Source: Eledone cirrhosa (taxonomy: Eukaryota). From it: DNA of 64,000 bases. A program made the position numbers and the translations under genes. The stretch is taken from the NCBI GenBank assembly GCA_964016885.1, contig OZ024742.1:122574001-122638000 (forward strand), read 5' to 3'. This document shows positions 1 to 13,512 of the stretch, piece by piece. The notes beneath the pieces were generated by a model. That model was not told where the DNA came from and searched no databases. It saw only the letters and a program-made list of their open reading frames with translations. Within the stretch, counting starts at the first letter, position 1, and each line of letters starts with the position of its first letter.

Positions 1-38
1 GATGTCCAAAGTCACCCTCCTCACCAAGAAACCTTGGT

Positions 39-216
<178 letters not shown>

Positions 217-702
217 GGACGGTACTTGATTTAGGAGCCGCAGAAACCCATATACTGGATTTTACCAACCTTCCAGGGGTCCCGGTAAATTTTCAATACC
301 CGAATTACTTGATCGTGTTTTTTTGGGGGGGCTATGCGAGTGATTGTTTAACCATCGTCTCAGTGTGTTTGGCCTTTAACGTTTGTTATAGCTCTGGTTC
401 ATCTGAATCATTGAGCACTTGCCGCACACCTCGGAGGATGTTTTTCGTTATTTCGTGAGCCGAAATGCGAATCTCGATAATTTATGTTTATATATATATA
501 TATATATATATGAAATAAACGAATTTTCGTGTACATATGAAAAATGTTTAGTGTGTATCGACCTGTTACTCGCGTTTCGCCGCAGATGATTGGCTCAAGG
601 TAGTCTATAAGAGTTATAGGCCAGAGTTTATTATATACACTCTGCCTGTTCATAGAATGCTTGATTTGGTACCAACACCAGTAATTCGCTATATTACGCA
701 CG

Positions 703-1409
703 CTATATATATATATTAAAACTGTAGTTGTCTGTGTGTGTGTCCTCATTTTTGCAAAGTCTATACAAATCCACATTTCTACTCCGATTGACTTCAAACT
801 TGCATTTATATGTTCCTTGCGGTCTAAAGATATTAACTGCAGCTTTTATCTTTTCAATTTTCTGTTGTTAAAGGGGTGTTAGGTGCTGGTTATCGATCTC
901 CGTCGCGCCCTTATAATATCTGTCTGTATGTCTGGCTGTCTCCATTACGACATTATGACAAACATTGATGACATATTATGTTCGCTATTTTCCGTTCATT
1001 GCCAGGGAAGGTCTTCATGGACCAAAGTATCGTCTTCCTGTTTTCCTTCGGTTGCAACGTTTGTAACTTAGTGAAAAGACTGCGAACGAAATTTTGAGGT
1101 AAGTAGTCTACGCCTTACTGCTATTGAACTGGAACCTTCTGCCAACTTAACCTGTGACTTTCTCTTTCACATTTACTCCAATAGGCCAACACAGGGGAGT
1201 ATGGAAATAAGGGGCTCAATAATATTTCTATGAACAATGCACGTAGACAGCGAAACTGTACTTTCAACTTCTTAATTTTCTCCAAATAAAAAAAAATTCC
1301 AGTTGGTATATTTTTGTGAGTTTTTAACAGGCACTGACAAATAACGGTTTCTCATTGGAGGTGCTATTACCAATGTTCTTACCCCTGCAACGCCGGGATA
1401 CACTGCTAG
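703..1409 (+). mobile_element. Non-autonomous Helitron-like element
   Basis: The 5' end is CTATATATAT..AAAACTGTAGTTGTCTGTGTGTG. The 3' end has a short GC hairpin (CCCTGCAACGCCGGG) followed ~10 nt later by CTAG|T (1406-1410), the canonical Helitron 3' signature. No coding capacity. Confidence 0.65.
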
Positions 1410-2469
1410 TATATATATAAATTATTTATTAAAATAACAGATTAAAGTTTAAGCAAAAAATCACTGCTTTCACCCTTAACGGGATCTGAAACTAAAAAAA
1501 CCAATCTGTGAACGCAGAAGTAAATATTTCGAAAAATGTTGCAATCGAAGGAAAACAGGAAGACGATACTTTGGTTCTTGAAGAGGTTCCCTGGCAATGA
1601 ACGGAAACAAAGTGAAGATAAAACGTCGTTATGTGAAGCGATGAGAACAATTACACGCAAATATAAAATCACGTTAATGGTATAAATGGAGTCGTAGACT
1701 AATATTCTATTTAGGAAGCCGGATGATTCTCGGCTTCAGATTTTAGAATAATGTAAATAAATTAGTAGAACGAAAATGACAGAGGTTATTGAAATCAACA
1801 ATAACTAAATATATACATACACGCATCCATATACGTACTTACACATGCATAATCGAAAACACCCGGCATGCATGCATATAAAAGCACGTACACATAAACA
1901 CGCGCACACATACATAAACCCGCGCGACACCTGTATCCGCACACATACGAATGTATACACCAAATACACATAAAAAATATATGTATGTGTGTGTGTGCAT
2001 ATATATATAATTATATAAACGTATATAAATATACACACATAAATACGTATATAACGCAAGCACACACATACCGCCAGGTAAATACGCATATGTTCACTAA
2101 ACGTACGTCAACCAAAACACAAAGTACACATATACACACCTTACATACGTGTAAACACGCATACACACCCAAACACAAAATACACATATACGCATAACCA
2201 TATATACATGTACCAGTATATATAATATTATATATACACCTACAATAAATACAAGCAAATATACGTACGAGAAAGTATACGTTACTTCACAAAACATACG
2301 GGTAAGGTATACTTCCCTATACAAATAAGTAATGATATACACATAAAATATACTTAGCTACCACATCAAGACATAAATTATATGTGTATTGTTCGTACTA
2401 TCCGTTAGGGTATAATGTGAGGTTGTAATACAGGAAAGTTTCATGCAATTTATGTTTACAAGCCGAAAT

Positions 2470-2850
2470 TGCCTCCGATTTTTTGTTTAACATGTGGTCA
2501 TTGGCGTAGAGTATTTCCAGGGCTTCAGCGGCACAAAGATCGCATGCTCTTTTATTTCCGTTATATGATCTAGCTTTATTTTAGCTAGGATCTCCCAGTG
2601 TAACCTATATTGGGTGTGGTTGTCTTTTAGACTCCAGATATAAGCTGAAAGTGACGTCATATTCCTTCTTAAAGGGTTAAGAAAAGAATGGGTGTGCATA
2701 TAAAGACGCTGCTTGAATCTATTGGTGGTTAACTCTATTTGGGATCTACGGTACGTGAGTGTTTCGACCTTACATTTGTAGACAATGTTACTGGAGAAGC
2801 ATTTTCCGGATAGAGGGCAGTAAACTCGATTCCTACATGAATTACTGTTT
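2470..2850 (-). pseudogene. Penelope-like (Naiad-type) GIY-YIG endonuclease remnant
   Basis: The minus strand translates SCRNRVYCPLSGKCFSSNIVYKCKV..LTTNRFKQRLYMHTHSFLNPLRRNMTSLSAYIWSLKD..YRLHWEIL. This matches the PLE linker-Cys / GIY-YIG pattern (CPLxGxC..IVY..FKxR..H..SF..TxLSxYIWxLK). The frame shifts toward the C-terminus. Confidence 0.85.
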
Positions 2851-2971
2851 GTGGAAGATATATGAGCACTCGATGCACAGGCGGAGTGTATATAATGATG
2901 AAGTGTATATAATAAAAAGACGATGAGGTTTCGTTTACAAATATAATTATGTTTTAATTGAGTATCGATAT

Positions 2972-3055
2972 GTTACGTTCGTTTCGCATATGATCACCTC
3001 AATGTGGCCTCAACAAGTTATGGCCCCAACACCATCATCGATCTGCCCATCAGAC
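2972..3055 (-). ncRNA. Degenerate type I hammerhead ribozyme
   Basis: Minus strand: GT-CTGATGG-GCA/GATC..long loop..GATC/TGC-GAAA-C GAAC G-TA-AC. The core has A9->G and stem I is only 2 bp. Confidence 0.55.
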
Positions 3056-3205
3056 TGGAAATAAACACAAAATAGATTCCATAGATGACTTTTAGCAAAA
3101 CTTCTGCGAAACACGCGCAACAGGTCGAATATACTCAATAAAAAAAAAAAAAAAAATATATATATAAGTATATATATACATATATTTATATATATATATA
3201 TATAT

Positions 3206-3733
3206 ATTGTTAACATTTGGGAGGGTCATGTTGCCGATAAGAAAAAGATGCACCATTTGCTTTCACTCCAATTTATTATAAATTAAATTATAAATTAAAA
3301 AAAAATAATTTATAAATTTCCGGTTGGTTCGTTGTTTCCACAACCGGACGGTTGTTCATATAATGTCAAATTTCTTTTGTCACACATTCTGTGACCTCAT
3401 CAGTGACTGGGGATTCTTTTCTTTGTTTTGTGCTCCTCCTTTGTTCTGACTTACGCCATCTTGAAAAAAAAGATGGCGTAGGACAGAACAAAGGAGAGGC
3501 ACAACAACAAAGAAAAGAATCCCCAGGTCACATAATGTGTGACATAATGTGTGACGAAAGAACTTTGACAATATATGAACAACCGTATGGTTGTGGAACC
3601 AAGCAACCAACCAACCAACCGGTAATTAATAATTTTTTAAAAATCTATAATTTAATTTATAATAAATTGGAGTGAAAGCAACTGGTGCGTGCATTTCTTA
3701 TTGGCAACATGACACTCCCAAAGTATAACAATA
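3206..3733. mobile_element. ~530-bp fold-back (palindromic) element with an HHR remnant in each arm
   Basis: The arms (~3206-3461 and ~3471-3733) are reverse complements, e.g. TTACGCCATCT/AGATGGCGTAG and TTTCACTCCAATTTATTATAAATTAAATTATA/its complement. The loop is a short A-run and the left flank is (TA)n. Confidence 0.9.
3365..3407 (-). ncRNA. Type I hammerhead remnant (left arm of fold-back)
   Basis: Minus strand: GTCA-CTGATGA-GGTCAC-agaatgt-GTGAC-AAAA(mutated GAAA)-GAAA-TT-TGAC. The right-arm copy (3526-3569, +) keeps GTGAC-GAAA-GAAC-TT-TGAC but has lost CTGATGA. Confidence 0.7.
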
Positions 3734-3788
3734 TCGGTTTCAACACACATTTTCAGATAAAGAATCTTGCTAAACAAATTCAGAAACG

Positions 3789-3824
<36 letters not shown>

Positions 3825-4619
3825 GTGGGTATATATATATATATATATATAAATGTGCGTGTGTGTGTGTGTCAGTAAAATCAGTGTTATAGTATACTAT
3901 TGTAGGTTTGTACAACTTCATGTATGTGAATGTTGTAAGAAAGCAATATTTATTTCGTACAAGATCAGCGTCGTGACCCAGGCTCAATCTGTCATCGACT
4001 ATCTTGATTTATCACATACACTCTCCTGCATTGTGTCTCTCGCTCTGTTCAAACATATCTTGGAGGTCTGCTGACAGGTGTCTGGCAGAGGATGGAGAGT
4101 CAGTGCTGTTAGTAGTTGGCATAGTAGCATATAAATAGAACAACCACCGCTTCACTATATCAGGTATTCCTGATTTCATTGTTTCTTCAATGGTATCAGT
4201 CCTAATTTTCAAGTGCAGAGTTCAATCTAATTGAACTATCTCCTAACAAATTAAATCACCAGCATCTGCTCAAACATCGCTACTCCAGTGATGAGAGGCC
4301 GGACGCTGTATGTGTGCGTGCGTGTGTGTGTGAGTGGGGGGGGGGGTGATCTCTTGCGTATAGGGCTCTAGGCACTGGATACTTCCTTGCCCCATCAGAC
4401 AGAATGGAAGAAACCTTGTCCGGGAATATGCTGAGTGTCCAAATCCGCTCCACGACAGTCTGGTAAAACTGTAATAGAGCCTGCTAGAAATATCATTTAA
4501 ACTGTACTTAAATAACATCATGCCACCTTAAGAATGAAATCAATTTTATTCTCATTAAAACACTGTTGACCTTGATAAATAAAAGGATAGAATTTATACT
4601 CCACGAGCATCATTACTCA

Positions 4620-4707
4620 GGAATTACTACTACTGCTTCTACCCACAACATCACTACTGTTACTACTAGTATTACCTCTGTTGTTAGAACTGCTGATGCT
4701 GCAGCTT

Positions 4708-4744
<37 letters not shown>

Positions 4745-4880
4745 CAGAGTTGCCATTACTACAACGACTAACTCCATTACTACGATTACCATCAACACCA
4801 TTACTATTACTACTATTGCTACTATTACCACCACTACTGCTGCTACCGCTACCGCTTCGTCTACTGCTTCTTTTACTGCT
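4620..4880. repeat. (ACT)n / degenerate trinucleotide low-complexity tract
   Basis: CTA/ACT repeats that generate the poly-T, poly-L, poly-S and poly-V ORFs in the track. Confidence 0.9.
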
Positions 4881-6078
4881 GATGTTACCAATGCTAATGT
4901 TTGTGGTACTGTAAGCGCTGATGTTATTATCGCTATGTCTTTTGTTAGTTGTTACCTCCTTACTGCTGAAACTATCATCTTTCAAAAATGTTTTTTTTTT
5001 ACACAATCTTAACACGGAGACATTGTTACGGTACATAACAATGCATTATAACATACCATTAAATAAAATCAAAAAGGAAATGAGATTTAGAAATAAATAT
5101 ATATGTATTTATACACAATATTACGCATTTATACACGCACATTCGTATTTCCACACTCATATTTATTCACAGAAATATATGCCATGTGGGCTGTTGAAAC
5201 TGATTCCTTTATAGGTCGATATCTGGAGTAAAAGCCTAGATGTGTAGATTCCAAACGGTTTCCGATGTAGCTTGATGGTTTTGCCAAACATATCCCTTCG
5301 ATTATTGCCGACGGTACTCAATAGGAATCATGAGTATGTGAAAACCGTGTGTGTCGAGTACAATATGATATGCAGCTTGTGCGTTCGTAGGGGAAGTAGT
5401 GATAAATTACGGAGAGAGAAGAAACAGCAATTCTTTTGTCATTAGATTATTGTGTTGGCATATGAGGTTTGTGACTCTATTGAACCTCTATTGAACGCTA
5501 TGTGCTATGTTTCAAAATGTTATATCGGCCGGCTCTAGATATGACAGCAACATTTATGAGTGATCCATATGAATAGATTCTAGTGCCAATATAGGTAGAG
5601 AAAACGCCGACAATATAGCAAGAATTATTATTCAATAATTATTTATTCCAAGTCTAAAGTCTGTCTCGAGCCTGTAGGCTCACTCATTAGGCCGATGTTT
5701 ATCTCGGTTTCCGAAGAGTTAAGTGACTTGGATTACAAGAACTTCCCTGGAATGGACATCAGTCCATCGCAGGGTTAAACCCCCAGCTACTTCTATCATT
5801 CATCTTGAGCTGACTAGACTGGACCATTTGATTTGGTGAAATGAATTAAAGTTTTGAGCATTTGATCTCCCCTTTTAATAATTTAATATTCACACTATAT
5901 TCCAGCATCGACCAAGAAAAGTTTACAATTGGGAAACTCCGTATAATACAAGTAATTAGGTTGTATCTGATGAATTAGTGGTTAAAGAATTCCTGTGAAA
6001 TTCAGAGAAAAAGCATATTTCTCGGAGCAGATATCAACTCTGTTCATAATCCACTTGTATATAAAATACAGTTCATTC

Positions 6079-6240
6079 TTAACCCTTTAGCATTTACAGC
6101 GGCCATATCTGGCCATATCTGGCCATATCCGGCCAGATTTTCTATCCCTTCTTCCTGTTCAAACTGGCTGTAACTGGCCACTCCTGCTTATGTTAAGCTA
6201 TTGTTCTCAAAATAGAAAACATCAAAATCTCATACATTCA
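6079..6240 (+). mobile_element. Probable piggyBac-type MITE terminus
   Basis: TTAA|CCCTTTAG start followed by subterminal GGCCATATC(T/C) x3. The matching second end was not found. Confidence 0.4.
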
Positions 6241-6849
6241 ATAATATGTGAGATAATTATGTGAGGTAAAGCCCTTACGATGAAACCACAATAGTATATA
6301 TGAAGTAATATAAATGACTAAAAGTGGAGATCACTGGAACTTAAATTTACTGAAACGGACAAAATAGAAATATGACGGGGAAATAATTATATGTAAAAAT
6401 ATATTTACATAATTAAGAAGAAATAGAACCACACAATAAAGAAAAAAGCAGAATGAAATAGAACACCAAACTTGCAGCGGAACATCAATAGAGAAAAGAC
6501 TGCACGGAAAAGGAAGAAAGGCATAAGAGCTGATGATTTTGTATAAAAAGAAACGGAAGAAATAAAGAAAAACATGAATAAACAACACGATAAATATAAC
6601 ATAAAGAATAAAGACACTTGTTCTAAATGAATTAGATAAAGTCAAAAGTCTATATCATCAACGTAAATAAGTTGAAAAATTATATAATTAACATGTCCAT
6701 AGAAATGTTTGATATAATATAAAATACTGCAAACAGTAGGTGTAAAAGTAAACGGAATTGCATCACTAAAAAGAAAAAAATGGAAACACACGGTTCGATC
6801 ATGAGCAGGTTGCATCGAAATGGTGTAAATACACAAGAGAACTTGATGA

Positions 6850-7320
6850 TGAAATACTCAATGAATACCGAACTTTGACACTGCCACGAAGCAAATAATC
6901 TTAAAGGTATTATGATAGAAAATTTATACAAAGAAATATGGAAATACAGTTAGAACAGATGAAATACAAGCAGAAGCTGTAAAATCCATAGATAATGACA
7001 ACATAAGTCTATGCAATGAAACATATAGGAGAGCGTATACATAGCAACAACAAGGAACCCCAAGCGCGAAGACAACACAAGATGATTCCTGTGACTAAAC
7101 TACTACTAAACATTATGAAAGGAAAATTACAATTAAGTTAAATGCAAAGTGGATTTATCCCAGGATTGGTAATTCATAAAGGAATATTTTTTCTAAGAAC
7201 CATGTGTGAAATAGCACTAGACTCAAACTTAAAGAAATAGGCTAGCTTCCTGAACTATATTAAGGCATTTGACACTATAATATATTCAAAGATGGTCGAA
7301 AGTCTATTGAAATTCAAGAC
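6850..7320 (+). pseudogene. Highly decayed RTE-clade LINE RT fragment
   Basis: Fragments translate DEIQAEAVK, VTKLLLNIMK and QSGFIPG..IFFLRTMCE..FLNYIKAFDTI (the RT QxGF..DYxKAFD region). Many stops. Confidence 0.7.
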
Positions 7321-7544
7321 TTCCAGGTATTAACAAAGAGATAATGTGCACAAAACTCTTTGGCAATACCTGAATATAAAATCTCTGTAAATCCCAAATA
7401 GAGAAAGGAAAAAATTATCTGTACTTAGAAAAATGGTTTATGTTAGAACTTATAAGCCGTACATAATTTAAAAATCATCGGAAACACAATTCTGAATGAA
7501 ACCGATTCACGACTCATATCATAACAGTATTTCACCTAAGTGAA

Positions 7545-7640
7545 CGCGCGTAGCTTAGTGACTAGAGAATTGAATTCGCAATCGTCAGGTTACAAGTTCG
7601 ATTCCTGTTATTGCAAGACAATTTATTTCGCGCTGATCAT
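7545..7640 (+). mobile_element. tRNA-derived SINE family B, partial
   Basis: A box TAGCTTAGTGA and B box GTTCGATTCC. Homologous to 22998-23212. Confidence 0.75.
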
Positions 7641-7989
7641 TCTGTCACGTCTTGTGACCGGTAGATATTACTAGCTATGGAAAGACCAATGAAAACATGG
7701 TTAGCTTGATCTGATTTGACGAGTTCCTCCCAACTCGGTGAGAAGATGAGATGTGGGAACTTGTCGATCGATTGATTGCTAACAAAAATCTTTATACAGA
7801 CGCATATCAATATAGAAATCTGAAAGGCAAATAATCGGCCATTGTTATTAAGATAGATGTTATAGTTGCCTATTTAAGATTTTGCAAATCTTGCATACAT
7901 TATGTATCTTTGCAGGGTACATTTCAGTTCTACAACTATGTATAGAATGCTGCAATCTGCAGTTATTTCTAGATGAGTTATCAAGTTGA

Positions 7990-8380
7990 TGTTGCTCTTT
8001 TTCGTATTCTAATATTGTTGACCTTTGTATCACCACAGAAGACTTCCGTGTTTATTTTAACCGATGCTGGCTACTTAACATGGAATTTGGTAGGGAAAGC
8101 CTCATTATAGTCACACAGCTCGTTCTATTTGTCAATCTGAGACAATGCTATATGATGTGGTTTCAACATTTCTGTGTGAACATTTTCATATGCTGGAAAT
8201 TTGATTCCTCCGATTTAGTGTTCATGATTAATCGAAAATCATGCTGGTGAAAGCATTCGAGTTGTTTCATGTCTCAACAGTACATGAACTGCTTTGTTTC
8301 TGTATAGTAACATTAAAACAATTTGAACATGATAAATCATGAGGCTTGTTCAGTTGCTTTAAGTTCTCGTTTCTGAAGAG
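7990..8380 (-). pseudogene. Decayed RTE-clade LINE post-RT fragment
   Basis: The minus strand gives LFRNENLK..MKQLECFHQHDFRLIMN, resembling the RTE 'KxLExFHxxCLRxIL' region. Confidence 0.55.
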
Positions 8381-10759
8381 CTGCCGAAGCCCTCTTTAAT
8401 GCGATGAGTTTCCACTCGTTTCCCACCAAATACATTTCTTTGACAAGGCTTTAGAATAGAGAAAACTATAATAGACGAAATTGCCAAAGGAGCCGTTCGC
8501 TAAACCTTGCCGTCACGTAGCGATAGTTTTCGTCAGGTGGCTATACCTGTAATTTAATAGTTTGTAGCTCTACGTACTGAGCTAGACAGGCATAATATGT
8601 GGTCAGTTGTAGAATAATTTAACTTTGGGACGAAATGTATGCTTTTCTGTAGTTTACCTCCATTGCATTTTGAGTACCAAAGCTCTTCACCTTTCAACGT
8701 CGCATTTCAATTCTCCAGTGTTGACAAAATAAATACAAATTATGTAATGAATGGATTTAATTGGCTATAAACTATGTATTATTGCAAAAACGGTTAGAAA
8801 TGTTCATTACACAATATGATCCACATACCTGCCAGAATTAAATAAACAACACTCATAATATTTTCAGGAACTGTAGAATATTTACACAAATGAAATTCTC
8901 ACAATGGCATGGAAGCACTTAGAAGCTTAGTTTCACTAAATTTAATAATATGCCTAATACTTTTTCGTAGGTGTGGATCAAAGAGAGAATTTTTTCTTGT
9001 AAGCTAACTTCATCCGTAGCAGGATTATTACGACTCCGCAAGATAGAATCATGAAGTCATGTTGTTTGATGTATATAATTCAATCGTATTTAAACTATGT
9101 TCGGAGATATTTTCTTTAAGTTTCATGATAGTAAACCCTATGCATAAGGTACGGTTCAATGTACGGTTGGGTGATGACTCTTGTTGTAGAATTTTATGAT
9201 TTCCTAAAAGCGTAAATATGATATATAAGATATTAAATCGTTGTGGTGTCTTTTCCCTGTAATAGAATAAAAACTGAAATATTGGATTGCCTAGAATCCA
9301 GTAAATTGATATTATTGCTAAGCAAAAATATAGCGTTTTTCACAGAAAAAAAAGTAAAGGAAATCGCATTTTCGGAAGTTATTTTGATCTTTTTATGAAT
9401 ATATTACGGTCACCGATGTATCAGAGCAAGATAGTTTAGAAGTATATCAAATTAAATACGAATGAGTAATAACCTTATGGTGACTCTTCTTTCACCTAAA
9501 ACAATAAAGCTCTCTTGTTATTTAGAATGTTATATAACATTTTCTGCTATAATCGACATTAAATTCAGTTCAGAAACAAAGCATCTATTTAATTACATAA
9601 GGCAACATGATCCCCTCCAACGCACACTCGATCTATGTTTTGATCTATGTGAGCATTTTAAGTTATGAATGTAGTTATTGATAATGAACTACGTACAAAT
9701 AAGTATATTAAATATATTTTCTTACAGAGACATTAAACAAAAAACACTTATATCACGCGTGGGGAGGTATCATACACGTTAGAATTAATCAAAATGTAAT
9801 TCATTAAAATACGAATTATATTTGTATTCTAATAAATAATATGTGGTTAATGGCAGCACAATTCGAACAATTTAATATATATATGAATTATGTTATTTCG
9901 TTATTGATTTCAGTTGTTGGACCATATCCAATTTGCGACCATTACTATTCTAGATATTACGTCTTCGTGTTTAGAATATTAGTAAAACGCTTTGTAATTA
10001 TTTCCTTCTACTAATATAACGGGGATACTTCTTCAAAAGTCTGATGATGGCAGCTGTTGTTGTCGTCAATGACAACATTCATAAGGGATTATGTTAGTTC
10101 AAGAACTACATTCAATGAATTGACTGACGGCATTTACTGTTGGTTGAACGTCACAAACTTCTAACTCGTTTACTTATCTTTAAACTATTTGCCTTATCCT
10201 CATTTAAACTTTTAAATCACGATTTTATAAGTCAATTCTTTTCTCTACTATCTTTTCATTAGATTTTATAGAACTATAGATATTTACTTGTTTGATATGG
10301 CAGCCTTACAGCTGAAAACCACTTTCGTTTGCCAACCATAATATTGCAGCTATTCACCGGAGTAGCTGTCAGTTGCAGACATGTCCTGATGAGTATTGCT
10401 TTTCACCGAGCTAAATGCAGGATTGTTTGTAGAACTGAAGAAGTCAAAGTTAAATATTTGTTCTGATTTTGGTCTGTGCAATTTTTAAAATTATTGAACA
10501 GAATGTCAAACTCTAAAGTTGGAACGAAGATTATTCTACGTCTAATTCATTTAACTAACACTATCGTTCACAATATTAGCTATTAAATGTATGCTAAACT
10601 TAGCAATAATGAATAAACCAAGTATTTAAATCAACGAAAACTACTATGATGTTAAAAACAACACCTTTGTGAAATAATGAAGAGTTATGCGGATGAATTG
10701 CAAAGAATGAGAGAAAGCTTGACAAAATAAAAAGGATGTAGATGGAGAGTACAATAATA

Positions 10760-11150
10760 GTTTCTGATTTAGGCAGAATGCTAACAATTTTTAGGAAGGG
10801 GAAATGCAATTAAATTGACACCAACCTGTTACTATACTTTATTTCATTGACCCCGTAAGGCTGACAGGTAAGGCTAACATCAGAGGCATTTGAACTCAGA
10901 ACATAACAAAGCGTAATTCTATGCCACGAACATGTTGTCCGATGCTCTACCGATATTGCCAATCCACCACCATATGGGGGGGGGGGGGGTCTGTGAATAA
11001 TGATGGTTTCGTATATAGGCACAAGGCCAGCAATTTTGGGGGAGGGGAAAGTCGATTAAATCGACCTCAGTGCATGACAGGTACTTTATTTTATCGACCC
11101 CATAAGGATGAAAGGCAAAGTTAACCTTGGCGGGAATTGAACTCAGATGA
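10760..11150 (-). mobile_element. Two adjacent SINE family A copies
   Basis: Both carry the shared core GTTCAAAT..GAGGTTAACTTTGCCTTTCATCCTTA..GGGTCGATAAAATAAAGTACC and the tail GGCCTTGTGCCTA..GAAACCAT on the minus strand. The first copy is more decayed. Confidence 0.85.
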
Positions 11151-11509
11151 AATGTGTATGAAATTATACATAAAGTTGAGAGAAAGGTCCTGTCAGGTTT
11201 CTGCTTGCTACTGGTACCATTCGTGGTCGAGATGTTGGTGACTACACCTGTTCCTCCACTCTAGCCTTGTCTGCGGAGGAGGGTTGTTGGAACCAGCAAC
11301 ACACACACAAAATACAAGAGCTGTTAAAAGGGTGAATTAGCCTCACTAACCCACACTTGATCAGGCGTGGTGAGTATTGCTACACTGCTGAATACATGAC
11401 CGAAACCAAACAAAGAGCCGGAGGTCCACCAGAGAGGGATTCCTCCAGCAAGAGTGGGGAAGGCCCTGGATTAGATTGGAAAGTTGATAGAAGTATGAAT
11501 TCTCATGAT

Positions 11510-11703
11510 CATAATAATTGTTTCTACATTTGACAAAAGACTAGCAATTATTCCAGTGCATTACTGGTGCTTTATTTTATCAACCCCGTAAGGATGAAAG
11601 GCAAACTTAACCTCTGCGGGATTTAAACTCAGAACGCAAAGGGCCATAGCTCTATACCGCAAAGCATGGTGTCTTACGCTCAACCGATACTGCCAATCCA
11701 CCG
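11510..11703 (-). mobile_element. SINE family A
   Basis: Same head (GGTGGATTGGCAGTATCGG), B-box-like GAGTTTAAATCC, central domain and ATT tail as the other copies. Confidence 0.85.
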
Positions 11704-12324
11704 ATCATGAGAGGTTTTTCGCTAGAACAAAAACGCAAGTATTCAGTTTTACTCCTTAAATGATTTACGAATGCAAGTTATTACAGGATCTGAATACGAG
11801 ATCCATACGGCCAGTGGCAATGTGATAATTCATGATAAACTTTCGAGGTGAAGTAGTTATCAAGTTTTTTTCTCAAGCATTGTAGTTATCGCCCCTCCCC
11901 TTCCGATAAATACGGCAAATATATCCGCAAGATTGATAGGAGTGTCTAAATATCTTTACATATTAGTTCAGCAATCAATCTTTTGCAATGAATTTTAAAA
12001 AACAGTCTGACATTGATTACCATTAACATGATGTTGACAGAGTATATCTGATTGACATCACATTCTATGTTAAATCTATTGCATTCAATAATATGTCGTA
12101 CGTCTCTTGAACTTCATTTTGCTGGGTCAAAGTAAAGTAAACAGATTCTGAGAGCTAGATAAAGAAACAGATTCTAAGAACCCGTATGGAATTAGAAAGA
12201 AAGGAAGTACTATCTGTAAATGCACAGAGACTCACACAAAAACACACACACACACATACACAGTGACATATGTGTGTGTGTCTGCGCGTGTGTTTATACA
12301 ATGGAATTAACACTACATACATTG

Positions 12325-12327
12325 ATG

Positions 12328-12407
<80 letters not shown>

Positions 12408-12470
12408 TATATATATATATATACAGAGATACATCACACATACACACGCATATGTATACATATATGTGTG

Positions 12471-12519
<49 letters not shown>

Positions 12520-12750
12520 TTTAGTACAGCATTAACGAAGCTTTAGGCTTTAGGTTGCGGCTAAGCTAACGAATGCAAATATTCGGAATGTAGCTTTAGC
12601 ACTCGATAGAGAATAATACTCCAGAGTAATAACAATTCGTTTAGACACTTTTGCAAATCAAATATACCGATCGGCAGTCCAGCCGCATTGCCATACCAAC
12701 GAAAATGATTGGACTCAGGAAAAGATTTTAGACTATATATATATACATAT

Positions 12751-12797
<47 letters not shown>

Positions 12798-13191
12798 TAT
12801 ATATATATACACACACACACATATATATATATATGTATATATGCATATATATATATATGTAATGTATACATATATATATATATATTTATAATGTATATAT
12901 ATTTATTATATATATATATATAGTGTATACATATATATATATATGTATTATACATATATATATATATATATTTAAAGGAACGATCGACTTTCGTCAAATC
13001 GGACCGAGGGAACAATGTTTCCGTTGGTCTTTCCAATTGCTAATGCTATCTATCGGTCGCAACTCCAGGTAGAAGGAGCAACGTGAAATAAAGTGTCTTG
13101 CTCAAGGACATAACGCATCGCCTGGTCCAGGAATCGAATGACAACCTTACGATTGCGAATCCAATTCTCTAACCACTCAGCCACACGCCTT

Positions 13192-13275
<84 letters not shown>

Positions 13276-13432
13276 ATATATATATATATATATTGTATAC
13301 ATACATATATATATATTGTATACATACATATATATATATATATATACATACATATATATAATATATATATATATATTATATAAATTATATATATATATAT
13401 ATATTATATAAATTATATATACATATATATAT

Positions 13433-13464
<32 letters not shown>

Positions 13465-13512
13465 TACATACACATATATATTATATATATATGTATACAT
13501 TATATATATATA
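12325..13512. repeat. Long (TA)n/(CA)n microsatellite fields interrupted by short insertions
   Basis: Read directly. These tracts are the source of the YIYIYI ORFs. Confidence 0.95.
12978..13189 (-). mobile_element. tRNA-derived SINE family B (CORE-like central domain)
   Basis: Minus strand: GGCGTGTGGCTGAGTGGTTAGAG (A box), TTCGATTCC (B box), then GTCCTTGAGCAAGACACTTTATTTCAC. The tail is shared with the 22998 and 62535 copies. Confidence 0.85.

Noticed and set aside
4566-5036. Overlapping Thr-, Leu-, Val- and Ser-rich ORFs (mucin-like)
   Set aside because: Several frames are open only because of an (ACT)n repeat, and there is no domain content.
12155-13383. YIYIYI / THTHTH / CVCVCV ORFs here and elsewhere (19.4, 44.1, 55.0, 59.6 kb)
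   Set aside because: These are translations of dinucleotide microsatellites.
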